In this document: positions 8,722 to 15,736 of the stretch, piece after piece
Layout: each line of letters starts with the position of its first letter
Position numbering within the stretch: position 1 is the stretch's first letter
Origin: an uncultured Vicinamibacterales bacterium
Lineage (GTDB): Bacteria > Acidobacteriota > Vicinamibacteria > Vicinamibacterales > CAZQMT01
DNA length: 40,213 nucleotides
Assembly: GCA_964594555.1 (NCBI GenBank)
Contig: CAZQMT010000004.1
Location: 6,917-47,129 of the forward strand
Direction: 5' to 3'
The notes under the pieces: generated by a model
What the model was told of the DNA's origin: nothing
The model's input: the letters and a program-made list of their open reading frames with translations, nothing else
Database searches by the model: none
Translations under genes and position numbers: made by a program

Positions 8722-10049
8722 TCTTTAATTTGGCGGACGTTTCCGAATAGTACGATATTGTCTCCGACATTCTGATAACGTGGGTTGTGTAGTGATGGAA
8801 AACTATAGTTGTTGGTTTTAGTGAGGTTACTAACGGCGTTCAGGCCTCCAACAAGGAGCGGCGCGATCGTCAACACAAGTCGATCAACAAGGTGAGCTGA
8901 AAGAAAACTTGTAATTACGCGAGCACCTCCCTCAACCATAAGACTACCGATGCCTGCCTGTAAGAATTCACTGAGCAGGATCTTAAGGTCAACCTGGCCT
9001 GTAGGATTCGCTGGTAGTCTCACGACTTTAGCCCCAAGCGCTTCTAATTGGCATTGACGCCCAGCATCCGCTAGATTGGTTGTCGCGATCCAAGGCTTGA
9101 CAGCACCGTTCTTCAACAACTGTGAAGTGAATGGAATTCGAAGGCGGCTGTCGAGCACGACTGGTATCGGATTTGGTCCTTTAGCCAATCTTACGGTTAG
9201 TTTCGGATCATCTGCGATGACAGTTTCAATACCTACTAGGATGGCATCATGCTGAGCTCTAAGTTCATGAGTCATTGCTAAAGATTGTTCACAGCTCAGT
9301 TCCATCGGTTCACCTCTCCGAACAGTAATTGAGCCGTCGATGCTTTGGGCGTAGGTTAGCGTGACATAAGGACGACCGTTTGAAGTTCCGGGTGGTCCCA
9401 TCAAAGTCACGGGCGATGTTTCTGGCTGCTGAACGCGTTGAAAGGCTGAGTGCCTGAGGTCAAGATGATGTCGCATTCTCAGGGCTTTTGTTTCTAAATA
9501 TTGACGATTTTCTGAAGTGATCTCAGCTTGTAGTGGTATACGGTTACTACCAGGGAAGCCACATTGTTCGAGACTTTCAATTTTTGCAGGATTATTTGTG
9601 AGGACTCGGACAGTTTGCACGTCAAGATCGTGAAGGATATGTGCTGCGATGGCGTAGTCACGTTCATCAGCGCCATGGCCAAGCTGAATATTTGCGTCTA
9701 CTGTGTCGTATCCGGCGTCCTGAAGATCATAAGCTCGAAGCTTTTCAAGAAGTCCGATTCCTCGACCCTCCTGACGTAAATATATTAAAGCTCCAGCTCC
9801 TTCTTGGCCGATAAGTTCGATGGCTCTATACAGTTGAGGTCCGCAATCGCAACGTCTGGAACCGAGTACCTCGCCGGTAAAGCATTCTGAATGGATTCGG
9901 ATTAGCAGATCTTGTTGCCCTTTTACATCCCCGAGTACTAACGCAAGATGCTCACGACCATCACCACCTGAGTAGAGATACAGCTTGAACTGTTTGTCGC
10001 CGATAGGGATTCGTGCACAGGCGAGTTGCTTTATGGCTTCGTGGCCCAT
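8718..10049 (-). CDS. Fusion: GTP cyclohydrolase II domain + RibD C-terminal (pyrimidine reductase) domain, no deaminase domain
   Basis: The N-domain has HSECFTGEVLGSRRCDCG (zinc Cys triad), RQEGRGIGL and LRAYDLQDAGYDTVDAN. The C-domain has RPYVTLTYAQSIDGSI...ILVGIETVIADDPKLTVR, typical of the RibD_C reductase. No CMP/dCMP-type deaminase motif is seen. Confidence 0.85.
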   Translation of the reverse strand: MGHEAIKQLACARIPIGDKQFKLYLYSGGDGREHLALVLGDVKGQQDLLIRIHSECFTGEVLGSRRCDCGPQLYRAIELIGQEGAGALIYLRQEGRGIGLLEKLRAYDLQDAGYDTVDANIQLGHGADERDYAIAAHILHDLDVQTVRVLTNNPAKIESLEQCGFPGSNRIPLQAEITSENRQYLETKALRMRHHLDLRHSAFQRVQQPETSPVTLMGPPGTSNGRPYVTLTYAQSIDGSITVRRGEPMELSCEQSLAMTHELRAQHDAILVGIETVIADDPKLTVRLAKGPNPIPVVLDSRLRIPFTSQLLKNGAVKPWIATTNLADAGRQCQLEALGAKVVRLPANPTGQVDLKILLSEFLQAGIGSLMVEGGARVITSFLSAHLVDRLVLTIAPLLVGGLNAVSNLTKTNNYSFPSLHNPRYQNVGDNIVLFGNVRQIKE

Positions 10050-10209
10050 GATGGCGACGGTTACGGCAGAAATAGTAGTCGTGACTTCAAGATCTGAACC
10101 TGCAGTATATCTCTCTAGGGCCTAAGTATTAAATGGGGCGAGAAATTTTCACATCAGAAATGCCCCGAGATTGCCCCAATCGAGCGGCGTTAGCTCCGCG
10201 TGTAATAGG

Positions 10210-11394
10210 TTAGAGTGAGTTGAGAAAAGCGAGCAGTGCAGCGCGATCAGCAAGTCCGAGTGCCTCAAATCCTTCACGTGCAAGGCGAGCTTCTCTGTTA
10301 TGCCGCAAGACAGCCTGTTCGATAGTTGCGGCATTTCCGTTGTGTAGTAGTGGGAGCCTAAAACGGAGTCCCCATAAAGCTGGTGTCCGAATTTCGTTTG
10401 GTCTGGCGCTAGCCTGTGGAATTCCGTCACCGGTGCCAACATCGTGAAGCAAGAGATCTGAAAACAGTGGGACTGAGCGTCTGTGAAACACGGGGTTGCT
10501 ATTTGCGCCAGTCGACAATGTTGGCACGTGACACTGTGCACACCCGATTGTTGAGAATACCCGTTCGCCAACGCGCACTTGTTCGTTAATGGGGCCACGC
10601 TCCACAGGAGCTAGCAGTTGCATAAAGGATTCGAAATTATCAATGCCTCGTCGGCCAGTCGACGCTTCAGGGATGTCTTCGGGGTCTGGGATTGGGTCAC
10701 ACAAACGTAGTTGCTCGGCTAAGAGACCGAATCCGACTTCTGTTGGGAACAAGTCACTCGTAATTCCCATTTCATTTCGATAGGCTTCTGCGCCGAAGGA
10801 GAGAAGTGTTGCTTGCTGGGACTTCCATCCGAATCGTCCGACACGACGTTCTCCGGATGCTACATCGATAACCATTCCCGCTCGCCCGCTGATGCCATCT
10901 CCGTCACTATCAAAGGGGTCTTCTAATGACAATATGGTAGCGTCAGGGATCATTTCGACGAGACCAGCACCGAAAACTGGAATTGGAATCCGGCGATCGA
11001 TGATGTTTGCCTCTGGAGGAATTATGGGTTGGCAGGAATGATTCGGAATTGAAAAGAGGTGGAAGAGTGAGTCGGTAGCCGGAGCGAGATTGCGAGTTTT
11101 GCCGTCTTCATCTTTGAATGCTGCTCTCATTGTTGCAGCAGGACTGATTCCACCGATGGCTGGCACACTGTGGCAAGCTGCACAGCTTGTCGCGTTATAA
11201 GCCGGGCCCAAGCCTTCCTCCGCTTCTTCAACCTCTAGGAAATCCTCGAGACCCAATCTGAATGCTTCAAACTCTTGGGCTGTGATGCCTGGCATGGGAT
11301 CCCCGGGTTCAGGTGCTCGTCGCTGACCAGAGATTCCAGTGGCAACTGAGACCCATACCGCAATCAAGATTCCCACAGACAGTCTTTGTATCAT
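10210..11394 (-). CDS. DUF1111-type di-haem c oxidoreductase (putative peroxidase/thiol oxidoreductase family)
   Basis: 394-aa ORF with a signal-like N-terminus and two CxxCH haem-c motifs (CAACHSVPAIGG and CAQCHVP). The overall pattern is that of the DUF1111 family. It overlaps the upstream gene by 4 nt. Confidence 0.8.
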   Translation of the reverse strand: MIQRLSVGILIAVWVSVATGISGQRRAPEPGDPMPGITAQEFEAFRLGLEDFLEVEEAEEGLGPAYNATSCAACHSVPAIGGISPAATMRAAFKDEDGKTRNLAPATDSLFHLFSIPNHSCQPIIPPEANIIDRRIPIPVFGAGLVEMIPDATILSLEDPFDSDGDGISGRAGMVIDVASGERRVGRFGWKSQQATLLSFGAEAYRNEMGITSDLFPTEVGFGLLAEQLRLCDPIPDPEDIPEASTGRRGIDNFESFMQLLAPVERGPINEQVRVGERVFSTIGCAQCHVPTLSTGANSNPVFHRRSVPLFSDLLLHDVGTGDGIPQASARPNEIRTPALWGLRFRLPLLHNGNAATIEQAVLRHNREARLAREGFEALGLADRAALLAFLNSL

Positions 11395-11807
11395 TGCTGA
11401 CTCCCAACGTCTGTATCGGGTTTAGATGCCTTATTGGTGACAGTAGACGAGACTTCAATTGTTCCCCGCATGAAGTGATGTCCTGCTCCGCACAGTTTGG
11501 AACACTCGAAACGGAAGCTTCCTGGTGTATCAGCCACAAACGTTACTTTTGCTTCTCCCTGTCTCCGTTTAGGAATTATGACGTCAATATCCGTACCGAC
11601 GATCAGAAATCCATGACTTGTATCTTCACTTTTGAGTCTAAACTCGATGGTAGAACCTTGGCTAACTGTCACACGTGAGGGCGTAAAAACGAATCTTTCG
11701 GCGACGATTTCAACAACCACGGGGTCCTGAACTTCCTGTGCTAAACATGGAGAGACAAGGCAGAGCGTTGTAAGAAAGAATGACCAGCCTAGGATTTTTT
11801 TTTGCAT
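11391..11807 (-). CDS. Periplasmic cupredoxin-domain protein with CuA-type ligand set
   Basis: 138-aa ORF with signal peptide MQKKILGWSFFLTTLCLVSPCLAQ. It has TSHGF followed by ECSKLCGAGHHFM, the same C-x3-C-G-x2-H-x2-M spacing as the cytochrome oxidase subunit II CuA site. It lacks the COX2 TM helices. Confidence 0.75.
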   Translation of the reverse strand: MQKKILGWSFFLTTLCLVSPCLAQEVQDPVVVEIVAERFVFTPSRVTVSQGSTIEFRLKSEDTSHGFLIVGTDIDVIIPKRRQGEAKVTFVADTPGSFRFECSKLCGAGHHFMRGTIEVSSTVTNKASKPDTDVGSQQ

Positions 11808-11811
11808 TTTT

Positions 11812-13020
11812 CTAGAACCACCAACCGAGGCCGAGGTTGAGCGAATTTGGTGCGGTCACAAGTGAGCTCTGGTTACGCACAATGGAATAATCGAATTTTA
11901 CAGCCACATCAGGATCGGGATAGTAAGTAAAACCAAGTACCCATGCGGAACGGTCAAACCGCTTTAATGGCAGAAATCCGGTCGGCATACGGTACTGGGT
12001 ATCGAAATTTTCGTACCTTAGAAAAAGTGCTAATTCTCGAGGGGCTGCATAAGGCAGTACAAAGTAAGTTGATTCTAAATAAAATCCTCGTATTTGTTCA
12101 GCAATGTTTGGGCTGACTCCTACAGTGCGTTGAAACGTATCGTTTAATTCCGCCGCGCCGTCTAAAAACAAGTGGGCGTATTGGCTACGAAACTCGAGAT
12201 TCCCGTTTCGATAGCGTCCGTCTACTTCACCAAGAAGAACTCGGCTTTTGACATCAGGAAAACTGGTGCCCGTCGTTTTTCCATACCAGTAGCTTGTTCC
12301 TAGGGATAGTCCTGGTAAACCCACATATTCGATTCGCCCGGTGTGTGCCAGGCTTCGGGTATTGGCTTTGGAGCCTTTTTGTCGACCGCCGCGAATACCC
12401 TCCTCAGCATTGAACCCGGCTGCATCCAGAGGGGCCATTACGTAAGCTCGGTATCGCCAGCCCTGCCCGAATTCACCCTGGACACCGGCGCCGGCCTCGA
12501 ACCAGGTGGATGGAACGATTACGGTATCGACGAAAGGACGCTCAACGCCTTGAAAAACCGGTGGTTCGTGGCGTTCGTTTATGATTCCGACAGGTACAAG
12601 CAACATGCCTGCTCTTAAATTGAGTTTTGGTGTTACTAGGAAGTCGACATAAGCCTGTTCAAGTTCTAGTTCGCCCTTTTCTTCTAGGCCTTCCACCATT
12701 GCGTGTTCAAGTTCTAACTCACCGACAAATCGAATGCGGTCGGTGAAGGAGTGGCTGAAAAGAAGAACGAACCGGTGGAAATCGAACTTCGGGTCCTCTT
12801 CTTGGGGATTATTGAAGTGGAAATCCATGTAACCGGACAAGGGACCAGTCCTTGACTCGTTTTGTTTTACGGGAGTTTGCTTGGTGCTGTTTTGTGTATT
12901 GGCGTCGAGGGTGTGTTGTTGAGCCGACACGTACCCGTTCATCATTAGGAGGACAGTGATGATAATGGCAATAAGGTCCACGTTGAGTTTACAGTTCCAG
13001 CGGAAGGTCGAATAAGTCAT
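11812..13020 (-). CDS. Outer-membrane beta-barrel porin-like protein
   Basis: 402-aa ORF with a signal-like N-terminus ending VSAQQ. It shows alternating-polarity beta-strand patterns rich in aromatic residues and a C-terminal ...LGLGWWF (terminal Phe). It is the first gene of a three-gene operon, 4 nt from the next gene. Confidence 0.6.
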   Translation of the reverse strand: MTYSTFRWNCKLNVDLIAIIITVLLMMNGYVSAQQHTLDANTQNSTKQTPVKQNESRTGPLSGYMDFHFNNPQEEDPKFDFHRFVLLFSHSFTDRIRFVGELELEHAMVEGLEEKGELELEQAYVDFLVTPKLNLRAGMLLVPVGIINERHEPPVFQGVERPFVDTVIVPSTWFEAGAGVQGEFGQGWRYRAYVMAPLDAAGFNAEEGIRGGRQKGSKANTRSLAHTGRIEYVGLPGLSLGTSYWYGKTTGTSFPDVKSRVLLGEVDGRYRNGNLEFRSQYAHLFLDGAAELNDTFQRTVGVSPNIAEQIRGFYLESTYFVLPYAAPRELALFLRYENFDTQYRMPTGFLPLKRFDRSAWVLGFTYYPDPDVAVKFDYSIVRNQSSLVTAPNSLNLGLGWWF

Positions 13021-13071
13021 GTCTCACTTGACGATACAGTGTTTCCCTGCGAATTTCTCTAGCGCTAATGT

Positions 13072-13100
13072 TACATTATAATATTATTGAAAATAATGTA
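13072..13100. promoter_or_regulatory. Candidate operator: 8-nt inverted repeat TACATTAT-N13-ATAATGTA in an AT-rich divergent promoter region
   Basis: Read directly from the sequence: tacattat at 13072-13079 and ataatgta at 13093-13100. It lies between the porin operon (start 13020) and the DtxR-family gene (start 13131). The palindrome GATATATC follows nearby. Confidence 0.3.
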
Positions 13101-13130
13101 TTCGATATATCAAAATATAGAATTAGTATT

Positions 13131-13850
13131 ATGTCAACTTTGCCAGAGCTCGACGGATTAGTGGCCTCGAGGACGAAATCCATGTTCCCATCGAGTACCG
13201 TAGAAAATTATCTAAAGGCTGCTTACCTCGAACAGAGTCAACTTTTACAAACTGATCTTGTACCAATGGGTCGTTTAGCCGCAGCTCTTGGCGTCGTGCC
13301 CGGCACCGCGACGACAATGGTCAAAGCACTCGCTGAGTCTGGACTCGTCGTCTACGAGCCTTATTCTGGTGTCAGACTTACCACTGCCGGCGAAAAACTT
13401 GCGGTTCGGGTACTCCGCCGGCATCGTTTAATTGAGTTGTTCCTGGTTCAGGTTCTTGGTATGAGCTGGGCAGACGTGCACGATGAAGCAGAAAGACTTG
13501 AGCATGCAGTTTCGGACACGCTGATCGATCGTATTGATCAAATGTTGGGCCACCCAGAGACCGATCCACACGGTGATCCTATACCTGACCAAGAAGGGGT
13601 AGTAAAAAGACTCGATTCTTTTACGTTACTCAATTGTCCGTTATTGGTTTCCTTGACGATTACTCGTGTCTCCGATCAGGACCCAGATTTTTTAAGGTTC
13701 GTAGAGAGCTCATTGCTTAAGCCTGGGGAGGTTATTCAGATTGAATCTCGAGATCAACGTGCTGATAGTGTGAGCGTAAGGACCGGTACCGGTCGGCTCA
13801 TCACATTAGGCACGCGCGCAGCCTCGAAGTTACATGTCGAGAAATTTTGA
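13131..13850 (+). CDS. DtxR/IdeR/MntR-family metal-dependent transcriptional regulator with C-terminal FeoA/SH3-like domain
   Basis: It has ENYLKAAY, RRHRLIELFLVQVLGMSW..VHDEAERLEHAVSD..IDRID..LGHPETDPHGDPIP, then an SH3-like tail. I prefer the ATG at 13131 because the ORF-track start at 13068 lies in AT-rich, non-coding-looking sequence. Confidence 0.85.
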   Translation: MSTLPELDGLVASRTKSMFPSSTVENYLKAAYLEQSQLLQTDLVPMGRLAAALGVVPGTATTMVKALAESGLVVYEPYSGVRLTTAGEKLAVRVLRRHRLIELFLVQVLGMSWADVHDEAERLEHAVSDTLIDRIDQMLGHPETDPHGDPIPDQEGVVKRLDSFTLLNCPLLVSLTITRVSDQDPDFLRFVESSLLKPGEVIQIESRDQRADSVSVRTGTGRLITLGTRAASKLHVEKF

Positions 13851-14913
13851 GCTTCTGACCATGATGCTTTCGCTTATCACTCTTGCCGTTGTATTAGCGC
13901 TGATTTTCTTCCCTGATGTCGGTTTACTTGCTTATTTGAGGAAGCGACGGATGATTTTGGGACGACAATACGCGGAGGATGCCCTGAAGCATTTGCTGAA
14001 GGAAGAGTACTCTGGTCGACACGGATCATTCTCTTCACTGGCGGGGATACTTCGCCTTTCCGATGAGAGCCTCATGGAGTTGGTAGAAAGATTACAAAGG
14101 CAAGGCCTGATCCAAACTCAAGGCGCTCAATTTCATTTAGAGCCCGAAGGTAAGCGTGTCGCCCTCCATGTCATTAGAGCACATCGTTTGTGGGAGCGGT
14201 ACTTAGCTGACGAGGCTAGACTCCCTCTCAGCAAGTTGCACGAAGAGGCCGAACGTCTCGAGCATTCTCTAACTCCGAAACAGGTTGATCGACTTGACGC
14301 ACTTCTTGGCCATCCGCCACAGGATCCACACGGTGACCCGATTCCGACTGCGGACGGTTATTTGGAACCTCCTAGCGGCGTACCGATGACTGATTGGCCC
14401 ATCGGTAAGCCTGGAAGAATCGTTCATTTGGAAGATGAGCCACCACTTGCGTACTCGCAGATCGTTACCGGCGGGTTTTGCATCGGCCAGGTTATTCAGG
14501 TTCGAGAAGTTAATCCTGAGAAAATTCTCTTTGGTGATAACAAACGAGAGTACTGGCTTGCTCCAGCCGTGGCTGCCAATATTTTTCTCACGGACGTTCG
14601 ATCTTTTCCAGAGCTTGAATCTGTCGGCATGCCGCTTTCATCGCTGGAATCAGGTGTGGTGGGTGAAGTAGTAAGACTTGATGATGCTTGTCGAGGATTC
14701 ACACGTCGACGACTACTAGATCTCGGATTTACGGTGGGTGCGACGGTTCGTCTTGAACTCAGCACGTTTGTCAGCGATCCCTGTGCATATCGTGTCAGAG
14801 GCACTCTTGTCGCTCTTCGTCGGGATCAGGCTGCACAAATTTTTGTTAGACCTGCTGCTGTAGAGAAGGAAGAAAAATCTGAAGTGGTTGAACTATTCGT
14901 GGAGGCGAGGTGA
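13834..14913 (+). CDS. Membrane-anchored DtxR-like protein fused to two FeoA domains
   Basis: There is an N-terminal hydrophobic helix (LSLITLAVVLALIFFP). A DtxR-like core follows (RAHRLWERYLADE...HEEAERLEHSL...LGHPPQDPHGDPIP), then two FeoA/SH3-like segments (GRIVHLEDE... and GVVGEVVRLDD...). It overlaps the upstream gene by 17 nt; an alternative ATG lies at 13861. Confidence 0.75.
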   Translation: MSRNFELLTMMLSLITLAVVLALIFFPDVGLLAYLRKRRMILGRQYAEDALKHLLKEEYSGRHGSFSSLAGILRLSDESLMELVERLQRQGLIQTQGAQFHLEPEGKRVALHVIRAHRLWERYLADEARLPLSKLHEEAERLEHSLTPKQVDRLDALLGHPPQDPHGDPIPTADGYLEPPSGVPMTDWPIGKPGRIVHLEDEPPLAYSQIVTGGFCIGQVIQVREVNPEKILFGDNKREYWLAPAVAANIFLTDVRSFPELESVGMPLSSLESGVVGEVVRLDDACRGFTRRRLLDLGFTVGATVRLELSTFVSDPCAYRVRGTLVALRRDQAAQIFVRPAAVEKEEKSEVVELFVEAR

Positions 14914-14917
14914 AACA

Positions 14918-15736
14918 ATGATTGACCACGAGGCTTGTAACACCTGTCCGGCCCACGTGCAGCTGTCTCAAATGGGGATTGATGTCGAGAAATTTGATCG
15001 GGTTGTTGCGCTGGCTGGAAACCCAAACACTGGTAAATCTACTGTTTTCAATGCATTGACAGGTCTTCGCCAGCATACTGGTAACTGGCCTGGCAAGACG
15101 GTAACGCGAGCAGAAGGGGGTTTCAAGTTCAATGGAACCCGTTACAAGCTCGTTGATTTACCCGGCACGTACTCATTGTTGTCTGCCTCACAGGACGAGG
15201 AAGTTGCGCGAAATTTCATTTTGTTTGGACAGCCAGATTGCACGGTTGTAGTCGTGGATGCGACTTGTCTTGAACGTAATCTTAATTTAATTTTGCAGGT
15301 TTTTGAGATCACAAGTCGTGTGGTTGTCGCTGTTAACCTAATGGACGAAGCACGTCGAAAGGGCCTAGAAGTCGAGACACGTACCCTCGCACGAGACCTT
15401 GGCGTTCCAGCGATTCCACTCGTAGCGCGCAGCGGTGAGGGTATGCAGGCTTTACTCTCCGCGGTCGAGGGGGTGATCACTGGAGCTCTATCTACGAAAC
15501 CTCTCCGCGTGACGGGCACCGCAGAATTTCAGAGTGCGGTTGATGAACTTGTACCACTTATCGAATCGATCGCACCAGGTGTACCGAATGCTCGGTGGAT
15601 CGCAATCCGGTTACTAGATGGTGATTCTCGGGTTGAGGAAGCTCTGGTTGAGGGTGAACTGGCTGAGCTGGTTGTTCGGCAACAGGCCGCCGACGAGCGA
15701 TTTAGTCAGAAAATTGCATTACAAGGTAGTCAATGA
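14918..15736 (+). CDS. feoB: FeoB N-terminal part: GTPase (G) domain plus helical domain, as a separate polypeptide
   Basis: G1 is GNPNTGKST, followed by DLPGTYSL and NLMD (G4). The ATG at 14918 follows the previous stop (14911-14913). The N-terminal extension is MIDHEACNTCPAH. Confidence 0.85.
   Translation: MIDHEACNTCPAHVQLSQMGIDVEKFDRVVALAGNPNTGKSTVFNALTGLRQHTGNWPGKTVTRAEGGFKFNGTRYKLVDLPGTYSLLSASQDEEVARNFILFGQPDCTVVVVDATCLERNLNLILQVFEITSRVVVAVNLMDEARRKGLEVETRTLARDLGVPAIPLVARSGEGMQALLSAVEGVITGALSTKPLRVTGTAEFQSAVDELVPLIESIAPGVPNARWIAIRLLDGDSRVEEALVEGELAELVVRQQAADERFSQKIALQGSQ

Noticed and set aside
10050-10209. FMN (RFN) or other riboswitch in the leader of the GTP cyclohydrolase II fusion gene
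   Set aside because: On the minus strand there is TCGGGGCA...GTGAAAATTTC...GCCCC, which superficially recalls the start of an RFN element. The remaining conserved RFN blocks are absent, and the leader is too short. Only a covariance-model scan could settle this.
10149-10598. 149-aa ORF overlapping the DUF1111 gene on the same strand, and similar long shadow ORFs overlapping real genes (15142-15519, 16188-16625, 28784-29053, 36995-37543, 30659-31042)
   Set aside because: Each lies entirely within a gene that has strong family motifs. Their translations are low-complexity or Arg/Ser/Cys-rich with no recognisable motif.
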